Shown here piece by piece: positions 1 to 8,347 of a stretch of 18,485 bases of DNA; positions within the stretch are counted from its first letter, which is position 1, and each line of letters begins with the position of its first letter. Below the pieces are notes generated by a model. That model saw only the letters and a program-made list of their open reading frames with translations. It was not told the DNA's origin and searched no databases. Position numbers and translations under genes: made by a program. The stretch comes from Candidatus Nanohaloarchaea archaeon (GTDB lineage: Archaea > Nanohalarchaeota > Nanosalinia > Nanosalinales > Nanosalinaceae): the NCBI GenBank assembly GCA_046497485.1, contig JAWOFP010000028.1, forward strand, positions 1 to 18,485, in the 5' to 3' direction.

Positions 1-861
1 GAAGTAGATGGATTTCCTCTTGTAGTGGATACAGATGAGCCAGAAGAGATAATTGAAACAGTCGAGAATGTTTCTCCAACTTTTGGCGCAGTCAATTTAG
101 AGGATATTTCCGCTCCGGAATGCTTCAGAATTGAGGATGCTTTGAAGAATAGATTAAATGTGCCAGTTTTCCATGACGATCAGCACGGCACCGCGATAGT
201 AGTCAAAGCTGCTCTAGAAAACGCATTGGAGCTCGCAGATAAATCACTGGAAGAATCCAGAATTGTCGTAGTAGGAGCAGGTGCTGCAGGAATCGCGGTC
301 TCAAACTTCCTAGTTGAAGCAGGAGCAGAAAATATTTTGCCGGTAGATTCATCAGGAATTCTTAGAACAGACGATGAGAACATCTACAAAGCCGAATTGG
401 CTGAAAATACCTTGGCTTCAGAGGAAAGCGGAGGCCTATCTGACGCGCTTGAAGATGCGGATGCGGTTATCGGGCTATCAGTTGGAGGCCTGATCTCAAA
501 GGAAATGGTAAATTCAATGGCAGAAGACTCAATTGTTTTTGCCTTAGCTAACCCCGACCCAGAGATCTTACCGGATGAAGCTCGAGAAGCAGGCGCTCTA
601 ATCACAGCGACAGGTCGATCAGACTTTAACAACCAAGTCAATAACTCTCTAGCATTTCCAGGAGTGTTCAGAGGCGCTTTAGATGTTCAAGCCTCGGAAA
701 TCAATGAAGACATGAAGTTAGCGGCTTCCGAAGCAATTCGAGAGTTTGTCGACCCTGAAGTTGAGAAAATTGTTCCTGAAACTCTAGATAAAGAGCTAGC
801 TATGGAGATTGCTGAACGAGTTAGAGAGGCTGCTAAAAGTTCGGGTGTGAACAGGAAGTAG
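1..861 (+). CDS. NAD(P)-dependent malic enzyme (5'-truncated by window edge)
   Basis: Motifs NLEDISAPECF, VFHDDQHGTA, GAGAAG (dinucleotide binding), FALANPDPEI, ATGRSDFNNQVNNSLAFPG. The frame is open from base 1 (EVDGFPLVVDTD...), so the GTG at 25 is not the real start. Confidence 0.93.
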   Translation, partial: EVDGFPLVVDTDEPEEIIETVENVSPTFGAVNLEDISAPECFRIEDALKNRLNVPVFHDDQHGTAIVVKAALENALELADKSLEESRIVVVGAGAAGIAVSNFLVEAGAENILPVDSSGILRTDDENIYKAELAENTLASEESGGLSDALEDADAVIGLSVGGLISKEMVNSMAEDSIVFALANPDPEILPDEAREAGALITATGRSDFNNQVNNSLAFPGVFRGALDVQASEINEDMKLAASEAIREFVDPEVEKIVPETLDKELAMEIAERVREAAKSSGVNRK

Positions 862-892
862 GTTTTTCACTTTACCTTTCTCTTCTCTTTCT

Positions 893-1777
893 ATGAATCA
901 GGATACAAAGGAAAAATATGTTGAAGCAGGCCTAGTTGTCCAAAAGGCCAGGAAAAAGGCTCGAGAAGTAGCAGAGCCAGGCACAAATCTAAAAGCAATA
1001 GTAGATCAGATTGAAGGCCTGATTAGGGATGAAGGTTTAGAGCCGGCTTTCCCAGTGAATGTTTCTATTGATGATGAGGCCGCGCATTACTCTCCAGGAC
1101 CGGATGAAGCTCGAGAACTGAAGGCCTCAGATGTGGTTAAAATCGATATTGGCGCACATAAAGATGGTTATATTGCGGATACTGCACTGACTTTGAACCG
1201 TTCAAATGAATACGAAGAGATGATTGGAGCGGCTGAAAATGCTTTGGAAGAGGCCTTAGACTTTATCGAACCGGGTGTAACTGTAGGAGAGTTAGGTACT
1301 AGGGTTCAGAACAGTGTTCCGGAAGAGTACAGCGTTGTTAGAAACTTGACAGGCCATTATCTAGGCCATTATGAGCAGCATGCCGGTGTTTCCATACCTA
1401 ATATTTCTACAGCAAATACTCATGTGATTGAGAAAGGGGATGCAGTTGCTATAGAGCCTTTCATAACAGATGGTTCTGGTAAAATCAAGAACGGGAAGAA
1501 AGGAAATATTTACATTCATGAAGGCGGGAAAGTCCGAGGTAGAGCCGAGAGAAAACTATTGAAGAAGATTAAAAATTATCAAGGCCTTCCATTCAGTTCA
1601 AGGTGGCTTGATATGAATGCTAGAGAAAAAATGGCGTTGAAGAAGCTGGTAAATGCAGGTGCCGTCAAGCATTACCCGATTCTGAAAGAAGTTGAAGGCG
1701 GCAGAGTCGCTCAAGCTGAACACACGGTATTAGTAGGAGCAGATAATGGAGAAAATATTGTGACTACAAGGCCTTAG
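893..1777 (+). CDS. map: Methionine aminopeptidase, type II (archaeal)
   Basis: AFPVNVS...AAHYSP, KIDIGAHKDGYIADTA, NLTGH, AIEPF and AQAEHT metal-ligand motifs, plus the type II helical insertion. Confidence 0.95.
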   Translation: MNQDTKEKYVEAGLVVQKARKKAREVAEPGTNLKAIVDQIEGLIRDEGLEPAFPVNVSIDDEAAHYSPGPDEARELKASDVVKIDIGAHKDGYIADTALTLNRSNEYEEMIGAAENALEEALDFIEPGVTVGELGTRVQNSVPEEYSVVRNLTGHYLGHYEQHAGVSIPNISTANTHVIEKGDAVAIEPFITDGSGKIKNGKKGNIYIHEGGKVRGRAERKLLKKIKNYQGLPFSSRWLDMNAREKMALKKLVNAGAVKHYPILKEVEGGRVAQAEHTVLVGADNGENIVTTRP

Positions 1778-2289
1778 ATTTTGCAGAATTTTTGCCGGTC
1801 TTTTTCCGATATATATAGTGCGGTGTAGCCAAGTAGACTTATGCCCAAGATGTTTATCTCTAATCCGTTGTATGGTAGGAAGCTTACTCCTATGCTTGTT
1901 CCTGCGAGAGAAATTACTCCGGTTGTGCATGCGGCGCATCCTGAGACTGTCATGCTGAGGATGGTTCCTGTAAGGCCTCCTGTGGCGCCTTCTTTTGTGA
2001 TTACCTGAGTTAGTAAGGCCATGTTTATTCCTACAAGTAAAGAAGTTGTTACTGTTGTTATAACGACTAAAGGTGCTGTCGCATTGTGGTAGCCTGCTAC
2101 AAGCGAGGGAATTAATGAAATAAGTACTGAAAAATTTAGCTCAAAAATATATGAGCTAACTAGGCTTGAATTAGCTACTATCGCAAGAAGAAAATATGAT
2201 GTGAGGGATGCTATCCCTGCTATAGCAGCCGATCGCAGAGTGCTGATCCTTTCCCAGATGTTTGAAAGGTTCGATCTGCTAAGCTTCAT
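1774..2289 (-). CDS. Multi-pass membrane protein with SGCAAC (CxxC) motif
   Basis: 171 aa with about 4 hydrophobic segments and a CAAC motif in a hydrophobic region. Starts 1 nt after the DsbA-like gene stops, so probably co-transcribed. Confidence 0.75.
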   Translation of the reverse strand: MKLSRSNLSNIWERISTLRSAAIAGIASLTSYFLLAIVANSSLVSSYIFELNFSVLISLIPSLVAGYHNATAPLVVITTVTTSLLVGINMALLTQVITKEGATGGLTGTILSMTVSGCAACTTGVISLAGTSIGVSFLPYNGLEINILGISLLGYTALYISEKDRQKFCKI

Positions 2290-2290
2290 C

Positions 2291-3307
2291 TTACTGAGCC
2301 AGTTTATCCTCGATTACAGGCTTAAATGAAGAGTAAGGCTGTGCGCCCTCAATCATCTCGCCTTCGACGAACTGGGTCGGTGTTGCTGTAGCTCCTAATG
2401 CTGAAGCTTCATCTGCGTGATTTTGCACGGTGCTTGACTGTTCGGAGTTATCTATACATGACTGGAAACCGTTCTTTTCCACATTTAGCTGTTCAGCCCA
2501 GGAAACCATTATGGAATCATACTCATCAGGATTCTGTTGCTGTAACTCCTGTAACTCGTCAGAGTTCTGGTAATGATTGTAGTTGAAACTCCAGTAGGCC
2601 TCGGCGTCGCCATGTTCAAGGAAGCATTCAGATACTTCTGCAGGCCTTTCACCGCCTACTACGGGGAAGTTCTTGAAGTAGTACTTGACCTCTCCTGTCT
2701 CGACGTGGTTCTTAACGATGTCTTCGAAGGCTGAATTCATGTTGTTTTCAGCCGCGAAATCAGGGTTGTGGAACCCTGTACAGAACGGACAGAAATAGTC
2801 TTCATAACCGACTATCGTTACTTCAGCATCTTCTTCACCTAGGTAAGGCCTTCCATCCAGTTCAACTTCCGTACCATCCCATTCAACGTTCTCAGAGCCT
2901 GTACCTATATTCACGTCATAAGGCATGGATTCAATCTCTTCAATATCCGAGTTATCAGCGGTCTCTTCTCCAGAAGGATTAGCTTCTTCTCCAGAAGGAT
3001 CAGGCTGATCTCCGTCTTCTGAAGGAGGTGCCGCAACCTCCTCCTCGCTTAACCCGCCTACTCCGAACACTACTGTCCCAAGTAAAAGGCCTGTTAAAAG
3101 GCCTATAAGAAAGCTTCCGTAACCTACCTGTTTGATATTAAGATTTAGGCCTTGCTGTTCTTGATTTAAATTATTCTGTTGATTTTCTGTAGTGCTGGTT
3201 GCTTCAGCACTTTCAGTATCCTCGTCCTCGTGTTTCTGGGCCTGATGTATATGAAGGCCTCTTTCGGAGTCAAACTCCTTCCCACATTTCTCACATTTTT
3301 CTGTCAT
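2291..3307 (-). CDS. DsbA/BdbD-like thioredoxin-fold protein with N-terminal C2H2 zinc finger and a TM helix
   Basis: N-terminal CEKCGKEFDSERGLHIHQAQKH; hydrophobic GYGSFLIGLLTGLLLGTVVFGVGG; C-terminal GEEDAEVTIVGYEDYFCPFC ... GATATPT ... GAQPY, typical of the DsbA family. Confidence 0.85.
   Translation of the reverse strand: MTEKCEKCGKEFDSERGLHIHQAQKHEDEDTESAEATSTTENQQNNLNQEQQGLNLNIKQVGYGSFLIGLLTGLLLGTVVFGVGGLSEEEVAAPPSEDGDQPDPSGEEANPSGEETADNSDIEEIESMPYDVNIGTGSENVEWDGTEVELDGRPYLGEEDAEVTIVGYEDYFCPFCTGFHNPDFAAENNMNSAFEDIVKNHVETGEVKYYFKNFPVVGGERPAEVSECFLEHGDAEAYWSFNYNHYQNSDELQELQQQNPDEYDSIMVSWAEQLNVEKNGFQSCIDNSEQSSTVQNHADEASALGATATPTQFVEGEMIEGAQPYSSFKPVIEDKLAQ
2964..3000. repeat. Tandem duplication (TCTTCTCCAGAAGGAT x2, 21-nt period) in the acidic linker
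   Basis: Identical 16-mers at 2964-2979 and 2985-3000, encoding DPSGEEANPSGEE. Confidence 0.8.
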
Positions 3308-3442
3308 AGTTATCTAAGAATCAATTATTCATGGTTTGATTTAATTCGTTTGGTAGTAAGAGAAATTTGAACCTTCTTCTTACAGTTTATTACAGACTCT
3401 ACTTGATATAACGCCGTTATATTAGGCCGTGAACTACAAATT

Positions 3443-3460
3443 GAAAGAGAAAGAGAAAAA
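3443..3460 (-). terminator. Putative oligo-T/pyrimidine terminator after cdc48
   Basis: The minus strand reads TTTTTCTCTTTCTCTTTC immediately after the cdc48 stop, as expected for an archaeal T-rich terminator. Confidence 0.5.
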
Positions 3461-5725
3461 TTACCCGAAGTAATCGGGTGTTGTCTCATCCTGGTCCAGA
3501 TCTTTCATCTTGCGGGTCATCTGATCATAGAGCTTTCGGTTATCCTCGTTTGCGGTTGGATTAACTTCTGACAAGGCCTTCTCAAACTCGTCCATTGAGA
3601 CTTCCTCGTCTTCAGGATCTTCTCGCAGCGAGATCATTGCGCCTTCTCTACAAAGTGATTCTATATCGCTTCCGACGAAGTGATCAGTCTTCTCAGCTAA
3701 TCTATCTAGATCTACATCGTCAGCTAGAGGCATGTCTCTGGTGTGGACTTCGAGAATCTTTCTTCTGGCTTCTAGGCCTGGAACTTCTACTTCAACGCTT
3801 CTGTCAATTCTTCCAGGCCTTGTAATCGCTGGATCGATCATGTCGGGCCTGTTAGTGGCTGCGATGACTGTTACTCCTTCAAGAGATTCAATTCCATCCA
3901 GTTCTGTGAGGAGCTGGTTTACTACTCTGTCTCCCACTCCTGAATCTGAACTTCCTCCGCCTCTTCTAGGTGCGATTGCATCTATTTCATCTATGAAAAG
4001 GATACATGGCGCGACTTGTCTAGCTTTCTTGAAGACTTCTCTGACAGCCTCTTCCGATTCTCCGACATATTTGGAGAATACTTCTGGGCCTTTAATTGAG
4101 ATGAAGTTTGCATTAGCTTCGTTAGCTATAGCCTTAGCTAAGAGCGTCTTACCGGTTCCTGGCATTCCGTAAAGCATGATGCCTTTCGGAACTTCGATGC
4201 CCATGTGCTCGAATCTTTCAGGGTATTTCTGAGGCCATTCAACCATCTCCTTTAACCGGTCTTTTGTATCGTTTAGGCCTCCTACATCTTCCCAAGAGAC
4301 CTTTGGTACTTCTACCATCACTTCTCTCATTTGGGAAGGCTCAACGTTTCTGAGCCCGTCCATCATTGCGTCTCTGTCCACAATTAGCTTCTCTAGGACT
4401 TCTGAAGGGATTTCCTCATCCATGTCGATCTCAGGCAAAATATTTCTAAGTGTGGACATGGCTGCTTCTTTACATAAGGCCTCAAGATCGGCTCCGACAT
4501 ATCCATGCGTTAAGTCTGCCATTTCTTCTAGATCTACATCTTCTTCTAATGGCATGTTTCTGGTGTGAATCTGTAGGATTTCCTTTCTACCTTTTGAGTT
4601 TGGTACTCCGATTTCTATTTCTCTGTCGAATCTTCCTCCTCTTCTTAGTGCTGGATCAATTGCTTCAGGCCTGTTTGTGGCTGCGATCACGATGACGTTT
4701 TCTCTTGATTCTAGGCCGTCCATTTCTGATAGAAGTGTTGCGACTACTCTTCTCTCGACTTCTCCGCCTGCTTCACCTCTTTTTGGTGCGATTGCGTCGA
4801 TTTCGTCGATGAATATTATGCTGGGTTCGCCTTCACGGGCTTCCTCGAACTTTTCTCTTAACTGTTTCTCGGATTCTCCGTAGTATTTGGACATTATCTC
4901 TGGTCCGTCGATGGAGAGGAAGTTCGCATCGGCTTCGTTCGCGACCGCTTTTGCAAGTAGGGTTTTACCTGTTCCTGGCGGTCCTTGGAGCAGTACTCCT
5001 GAAGGTGCGTCAATTCCAAGCTGTTGGAATACTTCTGGGTGCTTTAAAGGTAGTTCAATCATTTCTCTAACTTGTTGAACTTCGTTATCTAGGCCTCCAA
5101 TGTCTTCATAGGTTACTTCTGGCACTTTGACTTGTTGTTGTGGCTCGCTGACTGCTCTTTCTTTCATTTCGATCTGTGTTGCTTCTGTTATCTTTACTGG
5201 ACCTTTCGGTTTGGTCTTCACAACGCTTAGTTTAGTATCTCCAAAGCTGAAGGAGAAGTTGTCGGCTGAGGTCTCGAACATGTCTTCGAAGAAGCTTCTA
5301 GGCCTGTCCTGGTTTCCTGGTACGATTATGTCGCCTTGCATTAGCGGTCTTCCGACTAGGCCTCTCTTGAAGATGTTTGGATCGCTTACTTGCATCATTA
5401 CTCCGTCTTCTGCTGGCGCTAAAGTGATTTTTTTGGCTTCTTTTACTTCTGCCTGTTCTACTTGTACATGTTCTCCAAGGCTTGTTCCTGCGTTTTTACG
5501 CATGTAGCCATCCATCCTGGCGATTCCTAGGCCTTTGTCCGCTGGATAAGATCTTGCGGCGATTCCTACTGTCTGGCGGTTGCCTTCTACTGTTATGGCG
5601 TCGCCTTCTTGGATGCTTAGTTGTTCCATGATTTTTGAGTCGACACGGATTATTCCACGGCCGACATCTTGCTGTGCGTTTGGAGGTACTTCTCCTACTC
5701 TTAGTCTTACATCATTCTCTGTCAT
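3461..5725 (-). CDS. cdc48: CDC48/VCP (VAT) family AAA+ ATPase
   Basis: N-domain plus two AAA modules: Walker A GPPGTGKT and GMPGTGKT, Walker B IIFIDEID and [17 protein letters not shown]...D.A..R.GR.DR. C-terminus YFG. Confidence 0.97.
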   Translation of the reverse strand: MTENDVRLRVGEVPPNAQQDVGRGIIRVDSKIMEQLSIQEGDAITVEGNRQTVGIAARSYPADKGLGIARMDGYMRKNAGTSLGEHVQVEQAEVKEAKKITLAPAEDGVMMQVSDPNIFKRGLVGRPLMQGDIIVPGNQDRPRSFFEDMFETSADNFSFSFGDTKLSVVKTKPKGPVKITEATQIEMKERAVSEPQQQVKVPEVTYEDIGGLDNEVQQVREMIELPLKHPEVFQQLGIDAPSGVLLQGPPGTGKTLLAKAVANEADANFLSIDGPEIMSKYYGESEKQLREKFEEAREGEPSIIFIDEIDAIAPKRGEAGGEVERRVVATLLSEMDGLESRENVIVIAATNRPEAIDPALRRGGRFDREIEIGVPNSKGRKEILQIHTRNMPLEEDVDLEEMADLTHGYVGADLEALCKEAAMSTLRNILPEIDMDEEIPSEVLEKLIVDRDAMMDGLRNVEPSQMREVMVEVPKVSWEDVGGLNDTKDRLKEMVEWPQKYPERFEHMGIEVPKGIMLYGMPGTGKTLLAKAIANEANANFISIKGPEVFSKYVGESEEAVREVFKKARQVAPCILFIDEIDAIAPRRGGGSSDSGVGDRVVNQLLTELDGIESLEGVTVIAATNRPDMIDPAITRPGRIDRSVEVEVPGLEARRKILEVHTRDMPLADDVDLDRLAEKTDHFVGSDIESLCREGAMISLREDPEDEEVSMDEFEKALSEVNPTANEDNRKLYDQMTRKMKDLDQDETTPDYFG

Positions 5726-6057
5726 GCTGTTTCACCTTCTTTTAGCTTCTCGATAATCGATTTGTCATCGACTATCACCTTGAATATGTGGTGGGAGACC
5801 TTGTCTCCCCAGTCTGAAAAGTAATCATCAACTCTGTCAGTATAGTCTTTTACGATTATGAAAACTGAGTCATCAATTCTGACGTTTGGAACCTCATCCA
5901 TCAACCCGTCTTTGTCGTACTTGTACTCCTTGCCGTTTCTCTTTACTGTCTGTTTGTAACCGAAGAGGCCTCTGTAGAACTGGTTTCTCTCGTATACTGA
6001 GTCGAATTTCTTCCTGTGTGTTCTGTAGCTCAGGAGGGATGCGGGTTTTTCTTTCAT
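5722..6057 (-). CDS. Hypothetical protein translationally coupled to cdc48
   Basis: 111-aa ORF whose TGA overlaps the cdc48 ATG (ATGA). SD-like AGGTGA near its 3' end. Confidence 0.75.
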   Translation of the reverse strand: MKEKPASLLSYRTHRKKFDSVYERNQFYRGLFGYKQTVKRNGKEYKYDKDGLMDEVPNVRIDDSVFIIVKDYTDRVDDYFSDWGDKVSHHIFKVIVDDKSIIEKLKEGETA

Positions 6058-6166
6058 ACTAACAATTCAATCGGATAGAACTATTATAAGTTTTTTTATT
6101 GACGTGAGTAAAAATTCTTGTCTCAATCCTTCCACCGATTTAAGCATTGTGAAGTAATAAATCAAC

Positions 6167-6847
6167 GTGGAAGTAGAGCGAGTATCAACCGGATCCGAAC
6201 TACTAGACGACCTTCTCAAAGGAGGCCTAGAAAAAGGAGTGATAACCAATGTCTACGGAGAATCAGGAACAGGCAAGACTAACTTTGCAGTCCAAGTAGC
6301 AGCAGAAGTAGCGAAAAACGGAAAAGTCGCCTACATCGACACTGAAGGAGGATTTTCTCCAGAAAGAATGAAACAGATCGCGGACGAAGAGGCCTTAGAA
6401 AATCTTGTGATAAGAAATCCTGTGGACTTCGAGCAGCAGGAAGACGCTGTAGACCAGTTAGAAGAGCTTGTCGAAGACGAAAATATAGACTTAGTTGTAC
6501 TTGACTCAGCAGTATCGCTCTACAGGTTGAAGGTGGATGGGGATAATGCACAGGAAATGAATCAGAAACTCTCCAATCAGCTTTCAGAGCTTTCAAAGAT
6601 CGCAAGAACCAACAATATTCCGGTAATAATAACTAATCAGGTCTATACAAGCTTTGACAAAGACGACATCGAGCTAGTCGGAAGAGATGTACCCAAATAC
6701 TGGTCGAAATGCCTTCTGAAAATGAAGGAAAACTCGGACAGAAAAATTAAGATCTCCAAACACCGATCGCTTCCGAAAGGAAGAAGCAGAACTTTTGAGA
6801 TAACAGATGAAGGCTTGGTGCCTGGAGAAGACTCAGGCCTGTTCTAA
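6167..6847 (+). CDS. radB: DNA repair/recombination protein RadB
   Basis: STGSELLDDLLKGG, Walker A GESGTGKT, YIDTEGGFSPER, LVVLDS, VIITNQV and the RadB basic KHR motif (SKHRS). No RadA N-terminal domain. Confidence 0.93.
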   Translation: MEVERVSTGSELLDDLLKGGLEKGVITNVYGESGTGKTNFAVQVAAEVAKNGKVAYIDTEGGFSPERMKQIADEEALENLVIRNPVDFEQQEDAVDQLEELVEDENIDLVVLDSAVSLYRLKVDGDNAQEMNQKLSNQLSELSKIARTNNIPVIITNQVYTSFDKDDIELVGRDVPKYWSKCLLKMKENSDRKIKISKHRSLPKGRSRTFEITDEGLVPGEDSGLF

Positions 6848-6880
6848 ACCACAACTGTAGTTACCGAAAGACAAAGAGTA

Positions 6881-6886
6881 TTTAAA
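6881..6886 (+). promoter_or_regulatory. Putative TATA box (TTTAAA) with purine-rich BRE-like sequence upstream
   Basis: Lies about 27-32 nt upstream of the ATG at 6913, the spacing expected for a leaderless archaeal transcript. Confidence 0.45.
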
Positions 6887-6912
6887 GGCCTGTTTCTATA
6901 TACTCGAATACA

Positions 6913-6990
6913 ATGGACGCATCACATTCAACCTCAGGTGGACGTTTTATTCCAATTAAAGGTGGATGCGTTCTGCAATTTTCAGAATGA
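6913..6990 (+). other. Putative 25-aa leader ORF MDASHSTSGGRFIPIKGGCVLQFSE with two copies of the AGGTGGAYG motif
   Basis: Manual translation from ATG 6913 to TGA 6988-6990. AGGTGGACGTTTT (6936-6948) and AAAGGTGGATG (6958-6968) match the serS/tyrS leader element, in the same reading frame. Confidence 0.5.
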
Positions 6991-7035
6991 ATTTTCTCAA
7001 AGATTAGACTTTTCAGGTATTATTCTGTTTTCAGT

Positions 7036-7084
7036 GAGTCTGCTGCTGCTTGGATAAAGCAGTAGCGGTCTCTTAAACCTTTTT
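7036..7084 (+). terminator. Strong hairpin followed by a T-run (terminator/attenuator-like)
   Basis: GAGTCTGCTGCTGCTT-GGATA-AAGCAGTAGCGGTCTC (7036-7072) forms a stem of about 15 bp with G-U pairs and one mismatch. TTTTT follows at 7080-7084. Confidence 0.55.
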
Positions 7085-7108
7085 CTCAACGAGGTAAGAC
7101 CGTTACAA

Positions 7109-7186
7109 ATGACACAACACAACACCAACCACACAACCGCACACAACCAGAAAACCCAGAAAAAGGCCTCAAAGGAGGTGAAATAA
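7109..7186 (+). other. AC-rich small ORF (MTQHNTNHTTAHNQKTQKKASKEVK) or unstructured leader
   Basis: ATG 7109 to TAA 7184-7186, abutting the ATG at 7187. CACAAC-type repeats. Confidence 0.35.
7174..7181 (+). promoter_or_regulatory. Shine-Dalgarno GGAGGTGA
   Basis: Perfect archaeal anti-SD complement 5 nt upstream of the ATG at 7187. Confidence 0.8.
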
Positions 7187-7465
7187 ATGGTAAAGACAGA
7201 TAAAGGAAGAGCGGTTCATGACGAGGCACAAGGATATGATGATTCTCCGCAGGTAGATGACCGTTTTGAGGATTATGATACTAAAATTCCGGACGATCTC
7301 TCAGATATGTCAGGAGAAGTAGATGATTATGATGTATCGGTAGAAGATGTTGATGTTTCAGTCTGGGATATGTTTGAAGTTAGTCAAAATCCTCTTGAAT
7401 CAGATGATGGAGAAGCAAATCAATCAGACGATAGCGACAGTTATGGTCCGACAACTATGTATTGA
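7187..7465 (+). CDS. Small, extremely acidic hypothetical protein
   Basis: 92 aa, D/E-rich, preceded by a perfect SD. No family recognised. Confidence 0.7.
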   Translation: MVKTDKGRAVHDEAQGYDDSPQVDDRFEDYDTKIPDDLSDMSGEVDDYDVSVEDVDVSVWDMFEVSQNPLESDDGEANQSDDSDSYGPTTMY

Positions 7466-7580
7466 GAGTTTTTAATTGAGATTTAATTCAAAAATAAACT
7501 CTCGGATTTTGTCTAGAATCTATGATTTATTCCCTTTCTTTCTTATTATTCCCTTTCTATATTCTTGATGTGATTCAAAA

Positions 7581-8345
7581 GTGAGAGTAGCGCTTCTAGG
7601 GCCTGAAGGAACCTATACACATCAAGCAGCTAAAAAATACTTTGGAGAATTCGAACCTGATTTCTGTTCAACTATAAGAGAAGTCTTCGAATCCGATACG
7701 GAAACAAAATTTGTACCAGTAGAGAACTCGCTTGGAGGCGGAGTATCTGATACAGTAGACCTATTGAGAGACAATGAAAACGAAATTACAGCTGAAGTAG
7801 TCCTCCCGATAAATCATGCATTAATTTCAGAATCAGATCTAGAAGAAATCGAAACGATTAAATCTCATCCACAGGCCTTGGCGCAGTCGGAAGAGATAAT
7901 TTCTGAGCATGGCTGGGAAAAAATAGAGACAGATTCAACAGCAAAAGCGGTCGAGGAGATTGAAGAAGGCGAAGCCGCATTAGCTTCAGAAATCGCAGCT
8001 GAGATAAATGATAAACCAATAATAAAAACAGCAGTTCAGGACACTGAAACAAATACCACGAGATTCTTTGTGCTGAACGGCGAGTCAGAGTCTGAGCAGA
8101 AGGCTTCAATTATACTGGAGCCGGGTGAAGATAGGCCTGGACTGCTTCACTCGATGCTCTCATGTTTTGCAGGCCATCAGATAAACTTGAGCCACATCCA
8201 GTCCCGGCCAACAAAGAAAGGCCTAGGAGAATACTTCTTCTATGTGGAAGCGGAGGCCGCAGATGAAAGACTGGAAAAAGCAGTTCAATGCCTAGAAACC
8301 TATGGAGACATCAAACTACTAGGAAAGTACAGCGAGGTAGAATAA
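7581..8345 (+). CDS. pheA: Prephenate dehydratase with C-terminal ACT domain
   Basis: LGPEGTYT, PVENSLGG, SHPQALAQ, NTTRF, DRPGLL, INLSHIQSRP, YFFYVE motifs. Confidence 0.95.
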   Translation: MRVALLGPEGTYTHQAAKKYFGEFEPDFCSTIREVFESDTETKFVPVENSLGGGVSDTVDLLRDNENEITAEVVLPINHALISESDLEEIETIKSHPQALAQSEEIISEHGWEKIETDSTAKAVEEIEEGEAALASEIAAEINDKPIIKTAVQDTETNTTRFFVLNGESESEQKASIILEPGEDRPGLLHSMLSCFAGHQINLSHIQSRPTKKGLGEYFFYVEAEAADERLEKAVQCLETYGDIKLLGKYSEVE

Positions 8346-8347
8346 AT

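Noticed and set aside
3595..5507. Plus-strand ORFs overlapping cdc48, and similar antisense ORFs over the malic enzyme gene, radB, pheA, tyrA, topA, serS and tyrS
   Set aside because: Shadow frames of well-supported genes, Ser/Phe/Leu-rich and unlike the acidic proteome.
6913..6990. GG motifs as double-glycine bacteriocin/RiPP leader cleavage sites
   Set aside because: The peptides are too short, GG is at residues 3-4 in two of the copies, and there is no peptidase-ABC transporter or modifying enzyme in the window.
6900..7170. CRISPR array or tRNA in the radB-pheA intergenic region
   Set aside because: No regularly spaced 25-40 nt repeats with unique spacers, no cloverleaf or TTCGA arm, and no cas genes.
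8288..8347. N-terminal extension of the aminotransferase given in the ORF track
   Set aside because: It overlaps pheA and is atypically basic. ATG 8348, just after the pheA stop, is the more plausible start.
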